The notes beneath the pieces were generated by a model. It was not told the origin of the DNA, made no database searches, and worked only from the letters and a program-made list of their open reading frames with translations. Shown here piece by piece: positions 56,159 through 64,000 of a stretch of DNA of 64,000 nucleotides. The position numbers and the translations under genes are program-made. The DNA comes from Klebsiella phage vB_KpnM_KB57: the sequence record NC_028659.1, one strand, 5' to 3'. Position 1 is the stretch's first letter. Each line of letters starts with the position of its first letter.

Positions 56159-56647
56159 ATGAAAAGCAAAACAAGTCAACAACTTTATGAAGAACATCTT
56201 GAGAAAGGTACGCCTATTGAGAACCTTCTCAGGGTTATGGTCAACAGAGCTGATCGTTACCAGAACTATTACAACAGTATGAAAAATCGTGTGGAAGTTT
56301 ACGAAAAGCAATATGACGAGCTACTTCGTAATACAGGCCGACTTATTACTACCAAAGTGGACCATATAGCACAAGACACATGGGGGTCATACGTATGGTA
56401 CAGGCATAACAAATACCGCTGGAATGGTAAATACTGGTATAAAACAGATGATGAAGGGCCGCATTACAACGCAAGGCACTATCATGGTAAATTTACTGTG
56501 GATATTATTCTTTCAGAAGAAGATATGCCGGAAGTTTTCATTGGTAAATGCACGGGCAGCGTCTTCGGAGAAAAGGTGATCACAGCTAAAGGGCATATGA
56601 TCGGGTACGGTGATGAATTTGAATTGAGGAAAATAACCAATGTCTAA
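56159..56647 (+). CDS. hypothetical protein
   Basis: 162-aa ORF with strong RBS. Confidence 0.5.
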   Translation: MKSKTSQQLYEEHLEKGTPIENLLRVMVNRADRYQNYYNSMKNRVEVYEKQYDELLRNTGRLITTKVDHIAQDTWGSYVWYRHNKYRWNGKYWYKTDDEGPHYNARHYHGKFTVDIILSEEDMPEVFIGKCTGSVFGEKVITAKGHMIGYGDEFELRKITNV

Positions 56648-57008
56648 CTGGAAAACTGCTCTGGATCTTCGCGACATCTGGTCTAAAAGAAATGGTGAAT
56701 GCGGTAGAGAAGACTGGACAGATAAGACGGTGCATGAGCTTGCTAAAGAGATAGCCCGTCGTCTTGAACGGAAATTCCCTACTCGGCTAGTACATCGTTA
56801 TGAATGTGATAATGTTTTGGTAGATTTAATCGGCGATTTCCGTAATGTTCCTACACATCAAGATTGGCTAGCCTCTATTGCAGAATGTGAAAATGATGGG
56901 TATGATGCTGATCCTATTCGCCATTATACACCCTTGCGGGAATTCAACGACATCATGAAAGATTTTTATGATTGGTGTGATGAAAATCGCGTATGGGTGG
57001 ATAAATAA
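56640..57008 (+). CDS. hypothetical protein
   Basis: 122-aa ORF. Confidence 0.45.
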   Translation: MSNWKTALDLRDIWSKRNGECGREDWTDKTVHELAKEIARRLERKFPTRLVHRYECDNVLVDLIGDFRNVPTHQDWLASIAECENDGYDADPIRHYTPLREFNDIMKDFYDWCDENRVWVDK

Positions 57009-57071
57009 TCATTGCAATGGGGGAGGATCAAATGTATCCTGCTCCCGAATTTCATTTACAGGAGACAAATA

Positions 57072-58268
57072 ATGTCAAGTCGCAACATCTTTTCTGGTAA
57101 CTGGATCACTTTGCGAGATCTTCCACCACTGGTGCAATTTTGCCAGCGTCACAAACGTTCACTGATGATCTTCGGTGGGGCAGGTATTGGTAAAAGTCAA
57201 GCTGTGAAGCAAATTGCGGATTCTCTTTTCGGGCCTGGTGATAACCTGGTAGACTTCCGCTTGGCTGATAAAGATAACACTGACCTCACCGGGGTGCAGA
57301 TTCCATACACCGATGACAATGGTGTTACTCGCACAGTGTACGCCTTGCCGGATTTCTGGCCCCGTGATCCTAACTGGAAAGGTATTGTGTTCCTTGACGA
57401 GCTTCTCCACGCAGAACCTTACCTTCAGAAACTAGCATTCCAAATCATGCTGGACCGTCGAATCGGGACCTACCAGTTCCCTGAAGGGGCTGTACTGGTT
57501 GCTGCGGGTAACCGTGCTGGGGATGGTACTGCCGTGACTGCACTGGAAGCTCCTTTGGCTAACCGTATGATGCTGGTAGAGCTTACCTATAGCGCATCGG
57601 TGTTCATCGAAGACTATGCCATGCAGAACGGTATTCATTCGTCAATCATTGGTTTTCTGTCGCGTAAGAACAGTGCTATTGAAAACTATGAAGAAATGCT
57701 GGATATCGGGTGTCCTTCTTTCGCCACACCGCGTACTTTAACTTACGCCAGTGATGTATTGTACGATTACGATGCTAATTTGCTGCCTGCCAACCTAGCT
57801 AAAGTGGCCCTTCAGGGCTTCATTGGCACACCTTTAATGGCTGAACTGTGGGCATACCACACCAAGATTCGTAATATGGTTCCGATCGAAGATGTTATGA
57901 ACGGTACTGCCCAATATCCTGGAGACCTTCCATCAGACAGTCTGTGGATTTTGGGTTCAGAAGGCGCCATTTGGTTGCGTAAGGCTATTGCAGATACCAA
58001 TTACACGGATGACCAGATTATTGAATTCTCTGGAAACTTCCTTCAGTATCTTTACGACCACTTTATGGACCAGAACCGAGACTTCGTAAGCTCTATCTTC
58101 CTGTCGTTCATTAAGGAAAATGCGTTTGGTAAAGCTTTGTTGACCACTGCGAGCAACCGTGACAAGCTTCCTGCACGTTTGTTGAAGGCAAAGCCTATCA
58201 TAATGAAAATTATGGCAGACTTCCAGGTCAACTACGCTGAAGATATTAAGCTTATTGAAGGAAAATAA
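57072..58268 (+). CDS. MoxR-like AAA+ ATPase (AAA_5)
   Basis: Walker A MIFGGAGIGKSQ, Walker B VFLDELLHAEP; ATG 57072 after AGGAGA. Confidence 0.7.
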   Translation: MSSRNIFSGNWITLRDLPPLVQFCQRHKRSLMIFGGAGIGKSQAVKQIADSLFGPGDNLVDFRLADKDNTDLTGVQIPYTDDNGVTRTVYALPDFWPRDPNWKGIVFLDELLHAEPYLQKLAFQIMLDRRIGTYQFPEGAVLVAAGNRAGDGTAVTALEAPLANRMMLVELTYSASVFIEDYAMQNGIHSSIIGFLSRKNSAIENYEEMLDIGCPSFATPRTLTYASDVLYDYDANLLPANLAKVALQGFIGTPLMAELWAYHTKIRNMVPIEDVMNGTAQYPGDLPSDSLWILGSEGAIWLRKAIADTNYTDDQIIEFSGNFLQYLYDHFMDQNRDFVSSIFLSFIKENAFGKALLTTASNRDKLPARLLKAKPIIMKIMADFQVNYAEDIKLIEGK

Positions 58269-58270
58269 TA

Positions 58271-58299
58271 TTGACAGCTCCTCATGGGGCTGTTATGCT
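58271..58299 (+). promoter_or_regulatory. promoter TTGACA-17-TATGCT with TTATGTA box
   Basis: near-identical extended motif to the promoter at 35671. Confidence 0.55.
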
Positions 58300-58326
58300 T
58301 TATGTATCAAACATAAGGGGAAATAC

Positions 58327-58522
58327 CGTGTATAAATTAACTTGGGAACAAGCAAAGCAGGCCATGCGTGAGGGCAAGCGTGTCCGCAATAAATGGTTTT
58401 CCGGCGATGAGTTCTTTGAAATGAAGGATGGAAAAATTGTTTGTGAAATGGGATACAACATGGCTAAGTGGTATCGCGGAGAATCTTGGCAGGACTGCTG
58501 GGGATGGAGTGTGATCGAATGA
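58327..58522 (+). CDS. DUF2829 (Tad2-like) small protein
   Basis: KLTWEQAKQAMREGKRVRNKWFSGDEFFEMKDGKIV fits the DUF2829 N-terminal pattern; GTG start after AAGGGG, downstream of the promoter. Confidence 0.45.
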
Positions 58523-58704
58523 TCAAAAGCTATCATCGATGGTTAACGATTCAAGAAAAGAATATACTCCGTGGCGTTCCTGGGTATAGCCCCAGCACTG
58601 ATGACATTCTTGATAGAATGGTTGAATTTTTTAAAGAGCCACGAGAACACCTCAAAAATGTTCTTGGAGCTTGGGATGGCACACCAGAGAGTATAAACGA
58701 ATGA
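58519..58704 (+). CDS. hypothetical protein
   Basis: ATG 58519. Confidence 0.4.
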   Translation: MIKSYHRWLTIQEKNILRGVPGYSPSTDDILDRMVEFFKEPREHLKNVLGAWDGTPESINE

Positions 58705-58853
58705 TCTACAAGAACCAATTCAGAAACACCTGGCGCAAGTTTGTTAACGGTAAAGGCTATGTGTCTGGTGACCAAGGCCTCACCTGGACAGAAAACGGTG
58801 CCCCTGAGGACTTGATCAAGCGATTACCTTATTACGTGGAGGTTAAAGTATGA
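58701..58853 (+). CDS. hypothetical small protein
   Basis: ATG 58701 coupled to the upstream stop. Confidence 0.35.
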   Translation: MIYKNQFRNTWRKFVNGKGYVSGDQGLTWTENGAPEDLIKRLPYYVEVKV

Positions 58854-59131
58854 GACGTTCACCAGGTTTTGGTTATATCTACATTCCCGATTTTACTGGG
58901 GAAGAGCGCCTTGTTAGGATCAGTGACCTTGACATCAGTGATATTGAAAACCAGGCACGATATGGACAGGCTGAAAAAGAGTGTTATCTTCGTACAGACA
59001 ATGGCTTCTGTCAGTCAGGCTGGACATCTGGCATAACTGCAATGGAAGTTCTTGAGAAGATTGCTAAACACGATAAAGATAATCTTGGAGCCTTCCGTGA
59101 TTATGCCATCGTAATCGGATTGTCCTCATGA
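58850..59131 (+). CDS. hypothetical protein
   Basis: 93-aa ORF. Confidence 0.45.
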   Translation: MRRSPGFGYIYIPDFTGEERLVRISDLDISDIENQARYGQAEKECYLRTDNGFCQSGWTSGITAMEVLEKIAKHDKDNLGAFRDYAIVIGLSS

Positions 59132-59141
59132 AGGGGGAATT

Positions 59142-59561
59142 ATGGTAAGAAACTTTTGGAATCCTGACGAGGTCGCGTTGCCTGACGAAGGTAAAGATAT
59201 CCCACCAGGGTTTACGGAATGTCTTGCATTCCAGGTCGGGTGCGACAGCATCATGAAAAGGGAAGCGTCTGTACCGATCACTGAAGCGCATTTCAAAAAT
59301 GTCGGAGGTGCTAATGACCTAGTGCAGGCATATCAGCCACACTGGTTCGATATTGAGGCGATGATCTGTTTCTTTACGCACTGTATGGTGTATGGCGACC
59401 GTGAAACTTTCCGCCCTGCATATGATCGTGTCCAACGTTTGGCTGATGAAGTGAGGGAATTCGGTTGGAATGAGGACCGTGTTCGCCGTTGCAAGGCTCT
59501 CGGAGGGCTTGAAAAAGAGGTCTATGAGGTCTACCCTCATCTTTTTGTACAACAGGGGTGA
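59142..59561 (+). CDS. hypothetical protein
   Basis: 139-aa ORF with RBS. Confidence 0.45.
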   Translation: MVRNFWNPDEVALPDEGKDIPPGFTECLAFQVGCDSIMKREASVPITEAHFKNVGGANDLVQAYQPHWFDIEAMICFFTHCMVYGDRETFRPAYDRVQRLADEVREFGWNEDRVRRCKALGGLEKEVYEVYPHLFVQQG

Positions 59562-59564
59562 TGA

Positions 59565-59873
59565 ATGAATCTTCAGAACATTGGGCCAGAGTTAACAGAA
59601 GACCAGAAAGAAGAACTGGAAAAGGTCCGTGAAGCCCTCAAAGAAATGGTTGGCGATAGAAAGATTGTTGTTCTTGGTTGTGGTAATCCTGTGGGGTACT
59701 CAACACTAGCTTCTTTGTGGGATGCAGAAACCATTTCTTTGGACGCGATATCTGCCCGTCCTGCAAACAATATCATTATGATTGATAATGATGATGTTGA
59801 CTATGCTAAGTTTAAGATCTTTAAGGGGCGTGGTCACAACAAACTAAAGAAGAAAAAGAAGAAGAGGAAATAA
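59565..59873 (+). CDS. hypothetical protein with Lys-rich tail
   Basis: C-terminal KKKKKKRK. Confidence 0.45.
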   Translation: MNLQNIGPELTEDQKEELEKVREALKEMVGDRKIVVLGCGNPVGYSTLASLWDAETISLDAISARPANNIIMIDNDDVDYAKFKIFKGRGHNKLKKKKKKRK

Positions 59874-60049
59874 TGGCAAAATTCAAATTCCCAGTTTCTG
59901 AACTAAACGAGTGTTGGTGGCTTGACACCGCCGACTGCGTTATGGCAGGATACACCTATCGACGGCATCGGGTGTTTGTTGTCTGTGCGAAAAATCGTGC
60001 GGATGCTATTGAATCCATGAAAGATTTTAAAGAGAGGAGTTGCAAATGA
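59873..60049 (+). CDS. hypothetical small protein (58 aa)
   Basis: GAAGAGGAAATA then ATG 59873; not in track. Confidence 0.35.
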   Translation: MAKFKFPVSELNECWWLDTADCVMAGYTYRRHRVFVVCAKNRADAIESMKDFKERSCK

Positions 60050-60270
60050 ATTTAGACCAGATTGTTACAGGAAGTAAGGTTAAGTTTAATCCCAATCAAG
60101 ACTGGATGGAGGAAGATTATTCTTTGGATGGTGTTTCCATCGGGGATATAGGTGTTGTTGTTGGGGTTGATTGCGGTGATGTCTTAGTTGACTTCACCCG
60201 CCAAGACGGGACTGTCTCAGAAGGTTTTTATGCTTTCCCTGAAGACTTGGAGATTGTACATGAAAGTTAA
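60040..60270 (+). CDS. hypothetical protein
   Basis: 76-aa ORF. Confidence 0.45.
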   Translation: MQMNLDQIVTGSKVKFNPNQDWMEEDYSLDGVSIGDIGVVVGVDCGDVLVDFTRQDGTVSEGFYAFPEDLEIVHES

Positions 60271-60433
60271 AATGACGAAACACTACAGCGCCCATCCTGA
60301 AGAGCCACGTTCTGGTGATATTCTTGAAGTGGTGAGTGAGAAATATAATGGCTCTTTCCTTGACCACTATATGTGTGAGTGGAAGGGGATGGATATCGTT
60401 GTCTATCCTGATGAATGTGAGGAAGTGCGATGA
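60260..60433 (+). CDS. hypothetical small protein
   Basis: ATG 60260 within track ORF 60188-60433. Confidence 0.4.
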   Translation: MKVKMTKHYSAHPEEPRSGDILEVVSEKYNGSFLDHYMCEWKGMDIVVYPDECEEVR

Positions 60434-61041
60434 GCTTCAAATACAAAGTTGGTGACCTGATCGAGGCTGCAAAAAGCGGTGAGATTAATGTCTTTGGACA
60501 TGGCTGTAACTGTTTTTGCACAATGGGGAGCGGAATCGCCCCGTTGATCAAAGAAGCATTCCCTAAGATGTACGCTGCCGATCTGAAAACTGAGAAGGGC
60601 GATAAGACCAAGCTGGGAACCTGTACAATGGCCTTTTTGAATGATGGATCTCTCGCAGGATTTAATCTGTATTCGCAATACGGCTATAATCGCCGTAAAC
60701 AGGGCCTCAGGGACCTTGATTACAATGCCCTGTACGATTCGATGGTTGAGATGAAAAAGCTCTTACAGAGCTATACAGACGGCCCTATGGACACCTATCG
60801 AATCGGGTTCCCTAAAATCGGTGCTGGCCTTGCAGGCGGTGACTGGAACGTCATCGAGGCAATGATCAAATCAATCTTCTTTGATTGTGATGTGACAGTT
60901 TATGTCTTGAAAGAATGGGAAATCCCTGGTTACTACCCTCCAGACGACGGCCCTCTGACATCAGAACAGATCGCTGCCATTCGGGAAATGACAAAATGTG
61001 GATTATCCACAGGGGGGACTGGATTATCGTGGTTAAATTGA
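60430..61041 (+). CDS. macro domain (ADP-ribose binding/hydrolase-like) protein
   Basis: NVFGHGCNCFCTMGSGIAPLIKEAFP and GFPKIGAGLAGGDW resemble macro-domain glycine-rich loops. Confidence 0.5.
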   Translation: MSFKYKVGDLIEAAKSGEINVFGHGCNCFCTMGSGIAPLIKEAFPKMYAADLKTEKGDKTKLGTCTMAFLNDGSLAGFNLYSQYGYNRRKQGLRDLDYNALYDSMVEMKKLLQSYTDGPMDTYRIGFPKIGAGLAGGDWNVIEAMIKSIFFDCDVTVYVLKEWEIPGYYPPDDGPLTSEQIAAIREMTKCGLSTGGTGLSWLN

Positions 61042-61049
61042 GAGACGGT

Positions 61050-61238
61050 ATGGTAGCACATACCAAAAAGATCGACCTTTATGTGGGTAATACGGTGTTA
61101 ACCTATAACGCCCCTCGTGGTCAGAGCTTTGCCATACTACTACTTGGGGTAGAGAAACCAAGTGGTGACGGCACGGGTATTCAGATTGACGAATGGCTGA
61201 ATAGTCGTGGCTGGAAGCTGGAGGGTCCTGATGAGTAA
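61050..61238 (+). CDS. hypothetical protein
   Basis: ATG 61050 after GAGAGACGG. Confidence 0.35.
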   Translation: MVAHTKKIDLYVGNTVLTYNAPRGQSFAILLLGVEKPSGDGTGIQIDEWLNSRGWKLEGPDE

Positions 61239-61464
61239 ATCGGTTTTTGTCATCTATGACACTGTTGACAGATGCCTCTGGAACCACAAAGCCAAGATTG
61301 GATGGATTAGCTCTGGCGCTGCCAAGAATGCGTGGAATCTTGTCCACGCAACATGGAGTGGGAAGCAGTATTTTGATGACCAACAAAGATATGTAGTTCT
61401 TGAACTTTCTGGCGGACACATTAGCAAATTATTTGAGGAGAATAAAATTGACAAAACCAATTAA
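61231..61464 (+). CDS. hypothetical protein
   Basis: GGAGGG RBS then ATG 61231. Confidence 0.4.
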   Translation: MSKSVFVIYDTVDRCLWNHKAKIGWISSGAAKNAWNLVHATWSGKQYFDDQQRYVVLELSGGHISKLFEENKIDKTN

Positions 61465-62491
61465 ATACCCAAGCACCGCACAGTTCCGTCAGGTTATCCG
61501 CACCATGCATGATAAACTGACGTTCGACGGTATTGATGAAGAGGGCAATATCAAGCGGAAGGTGTTGCCACCGGAAGCGTACCTGATCCCGTACATCGGT
61601 ACGGTTAAGCTTCACGGCACTAATGGCAGTGTGGTATTCCACTCTGAGGATGAAGTTGTCTTCCAGTCCAAAGAGCGTGTCGTGACTGTAGGTGACGATA
61701 ACAATGGCTTCGCGGCCTTCATGTCTCGAAAAGACACCGCAGAGTTGCTTTCTCAGGTTAAATATCTGTGTGAAGTCAATGACGTTGAGTTCCAGTTCCC
61801 GGTTGAAATTGCTGGTGAATGGGCTGGTCGCGGCATTCAGAAAGGTGTCGCCATCACTGAAGTAGAGCCGTTCTTTGCTATCTTCCGTGTGGCTGTGGGA
61901 CGGGATGAGGCAACGGATACCCTCAACTGGCTACCACCAACGTTCCAGTTTGGAATTGGATTGCCGGATGCTCGTATCTACAGTATCCTTGACTTTGGTT
62001 ACTGGATGGCTAATATTCCATTCAATGAGCCAGAGCTTGTCCAGAATGACCTGGCAGAACTGACTCGTGAAGTGGAAAACAAATGCCCGGCAGGTAAGTT
62101 CTTTGGCGTAGAAGGTATCGGTGAAGGCATTGTCTGGTCTCCAAAAGATCCTGAGCTTTCTAAAATCTCTGGCCTGTGGTTTAAAGTCAAGGGTGATAAA
62201 CACTCTGTATCCAAAGTTAAGACCCTGGCGGCAATCGACCCAGAACGCCTCGCAAGTATGCGTGAGTTCGTTGAGTACGCTGTGACGGAAGCACGTCTTG
62301 AGCAGGGTGTCAGCGAAGTAGGTCTTGACCAGACTAAGATCGGTGAATTCATTGGGTGGATTAACCGAGACATCAACAAGGAAGAGGGTGATGTTCTGGA
62401 AGCCAGCTCCATGACCATGAAAGATGTTGGCAAGTTTATCAGCAACAAAGCTCGTGCATGGTACATGACTCGTCTGAGTGAGGAGGGCTAA
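61448..62491 (+). CDS. Rnl2-family RNA ligase
   Basis: nucleotidyltransferase motif I VKLHGTNGSV (T4 Rnl2 has KIHGTN); GAGGAG RBS then TTG 61448. Confidence 0.6.
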   Translation: MTKPIKYPSTAQFRQVIRTMHDKLTFDGIDEEGNIKRKVLPPEAYLIPYIGTVKLHGTNGSVVFHSEDEVVFQSKERVVTVGDDNNGFAAFMSRKDTAELLSQVKYLCEVNDVEFQFPVEIAGEWAGRGIQKGVAITEVEPFFAIFRVAVGRDEATDTLNWLPPTFQFGIGLPDARIYSILDFGYWMANIPFNEPELVQNDLAELTREVENKCPAGKFFGVEGIGEGIVWSPKDPELSKISGLWFKVKGDKHSVSKVKTLAAIDPERLASMREFVEYAVTEARLEQGVSEVGLDQTKIGEFIGWINRDINKEEGDVLEASSMTMKDVGKFISNKARAWYMTRLSEEG

Positions 62492-62679
62492 TGGCCCTCA
62501 TTGTAGCCACAACGCGGTCTGTTGAAAAAAGACCTGGACATTCTTTCACCGAGTGTGATACCTTGATTTTCGAAGACGAAGAACAGGGCAAAAAGTTTGT
62601 TAAAGAGAACAAACAGTTTGTCTATCATGTCCAAAAAGCGAGGGTCATTAAGAATGGTGAGACCAGAACCGAAGTTTAA
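62491..62679 (+). CDS. hypothetical protein
   Basis: 62-aa ORF. Confidence 0.4.
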   Translation: MALIVATTRSVEKRPGHSFTECDTLIFEDEEQGKKFVKENKQFVYHVQKARVIKNGETRTEV

Positions 62680-62839
62680 AGTCGGGCAGATAGTCAAAGA
62701 TACTTGGAGCGGTAAGATAGGCCCTATTTCAACCATGTACTTTTCAGAAGGTGATGAGTACAACAAGGCCGAATGGGCATATTCTATAGACCATATCGGG
62801 TGGTTATTCCATCCAGAGTCGGACTTGGAGGCGGTTTAA
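62654..62839 (+). CDS. hypothetical protein
   Basis: ATG 62654. Confidence 0.35.
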   Translation: MVRPEPKFKVGQIVKDTWSGKIGPISTMYFSEGDEYNKAEWAYSIDHIGWLFHPESDLEAV

Positions 62840-63258
62840 TGGGTCTGCGTGAATACTTAGCAGTGAAATTAAAACATGCAAAGGAGCAATCTATGGTTAA
62901 GGTGAATGGTAATACCATCACTATCAACGGGAATACCGTGGTTAATGGTAGCATTATTGGTGGGGACTTGAGTATTTCTGCAAATGGGGATAAAATCCTC
63001 ATCAACGGAAAAGAGGTCTACGCCACTTCTGATAAAAACATCACTGTGGTCATCCACGGGAATACCGGTAGCATAAACACCACATCTGGTGGTGTGAATG
63101 TTTATGGGACAGCAGGCAATATTAAGACTGTGTCTGGTGATGTCCATGTTGAAAAAGGGGCACTTGCAGATGTGACCACCGTCTCGGGAGACGTTATAGC
63201 AGAAACCATTGAAGGTAATGTTAGAACAGTCTCAGGAGATGTCTCTCACCGTCGTTGA
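62839..63258 (+). CDS. DUF2807-like (GIN/beta-helix repeat) protein
   Basis: repeats TVSGDVHV / TTVSGDVIA / RTVSGDV and NGNTITINGNTVVNGS; GGAGG RBS then ATG 62839. Confidence 0.4.
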   Translation: MGLREYLAVKLKHAKEQSMVKVNGNTITINGNTVVNGSIIGGDLSISANGDKILINGKEVYATSDKNITVVIHGNTGSINTTSGGVNVYGTAGNIKTVSGDVHVEKGALADVTTVSGDVIAETIEGNVRTVSGDVSHRR

Positions 63259-63300
63259 TATACAGCCCCGCAATGGGGCTTTTTAATTTGGAGTGTAAAT

Positions 63301-63831
63301 TTGAAATTGAAAAATCTGATTCTGGCAACCGCCTGTGTGTTTTCTCTAGCCACCACACCTGTACTGGCTAAAGACAACGCAAAGAAGCCCAAAGTTATCC
63401 ATCTTTGTAAGAAGGATGACACAGCGGTAAACATCTTGGCATGTAATATGTATCGAGAGGCCCGTGGAGAAAGTGATTCCGGGTTAATGTCGATAGCATT
63501 TGTCACTTTGAATCGTAAGGATAACGATAAGTACCCTGGAACGGTAAAGAAGATCGTTTACCAGCCCGGACAATTCTCCTGGACATCTTCAGGAACAACG
63601 TTTAAAGTCTATGAAAAGGATCGCTGGGAGAAGGCACAAGAGTTTGCAAAAGTTCTGATCAAGATTCATAAACAAAACAGGATCGTCTACGATGCTCTGG
63701 ACATAACACATGGGGCAACCCACTACCATTCACGAAAAGTAAAACCCTACTGGACAAAGGCCATGCTACGCACAGTCAGGATCGATAACCATATATATTA
63801 TAAAGAGAAAGAAGATTCTCAGGGGGCATGA
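63301..63831 (+). CDS. secreted SleB-like cell-wall hydrolase (Hydrolase_2 family)
   Basis: signal peptide; NMYREARGESDSGLMSIAFVTLNR...YQPGQFSW matches the SleB/Hydrolase_2 core. Confidence 0.55.
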   Translation: MKLKNLILATACVFSLATTPVLAKDNAKKPKVIHLCKKDDTAVNILACNMYREARGESDSGLMSIAFVTLNRKDNDKYPGTVKKIVYQPGQFSWTSSGTTFKVYEKDRWEKAQEFAKVLIKIHKQNRIVYDALDITHGATHYHSRKVKPYWTKAMLRTVRIDNHIYYKEKEDSQGA

Positions 63832-63835
63832 ACTC

Positions 63836-63991
63836 ATGAAGAAATTCTTAGTAATATTTGTTTGCATTACCCCTCTGTGTGTGATATTGTCACTGTCACA
63901 GCCCATGTATTGGGAACAAATTTGTGGAGCATACGCAATAGGTATGGCTACAGCGGCCTTTAGACTAAATATAAATAACTGCAAAAAGTAG
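63836..63991 (+). CDS. small hydrophobic/secreted peptide (51 aa)
   Basis: ATG 63836; N-terminal hydrophobic segment; not in track. Confidence 0.35.
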   Translation: MKKFLVIFVCITPLCVILSLSQPMYWEQICGAYAIGMATAAFRLNINNCKK

Positions 63992-64000
63992 GAGAAGTAG

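Noticed and set aside
1-64000. Prophage, integrative element or tRNA cluster
   Set aside because: No integrase, attachment-site repeats or tRNA genes were detectable. Gene content (RNR, ThyX, endolysin, many small early genes) indicates a strictly lytic phage genome segment.

Overview
The window reads as a densely packed early/host-takeover region of a large virulent dsDNA phage of the T5-like (Demerecviridae-like) type. GC content is roughly 40%. I found no integrase, no CRISPR array and no tRNA. Bases 1 to 28.3 kb form a plus-strand module of nucleotide-metabolism and DNA-processing genes: a MazG-like pyrophosphohydrolase, an SPFH lipoprotein, NADAR, a freestanding HNH, a FEN-like 5'-3' exonuclease, RuvC-like and EndoVII-like resolvases, a DEDDh exonuclease, a dNMP kinase, a HAD 5'-nucleotidase, ThyX, NrdA/NrdB/NrdH-like, a GH19 endolysin, PhoH, a SLOG/DprA-like protein, a ClpP-like protease, an N6-adenine methyltransferase, a CCA-adding enzyme, a PTH2-like hydrolase and a Pol-beta nucleotidyltransferase. 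A minus-strand homing-endonuclease-like island follows at 28.3 to 30.5 kb (a zinc-ribbon-repeat + T5orf172 protein with flanking HNH genes), then about 20 small plus-strand ORFs at 30.6 to 35.4 kb. A gene-poor, repeat-rich segment of about 1.8 kb (35.6 to 37.4 kb) carries strong sigma70-type promoters and a 204-bp nested palindrome. A cassette of about 20 small minus-strand genes (37.4 to 45.9 kb) is punctuated by GC hairpins. A second repeat-rich segment (46.0 to 47.3 kb) has twin Fur-box-like palindromes and three ~67-bp tandem repeats. A minus-strand block at 47.3 to 54.4 kb includes a HAD-like phosphatase, an HTH_36-like protein with iterons, a metallopeptidase+VWA protein and an HNH_3-like endonuclease. 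A plus-strand block at 54.4 to 64 kb includes a RelA/SpoT-type alarmone hydrolase, a MoxR-like AAA ATPase, a DUF2829 (Tad2-like) protein, a macro domain, an Rnl2-like RNA ligase, a DUF2807-like repeat protein and a secreted SleB-like hydrolase. The most interesting candidates are a dispersed RNA-repair and ADP-ribose-reversal gene set, a split MoxR/VWA-metallopeptidase pair sharing an operon with a ppGpp hydrolase, and the two structured non-coding regions that bracket the small-gene cassette. All domain calls come from motifs read by eye, not from database searches.
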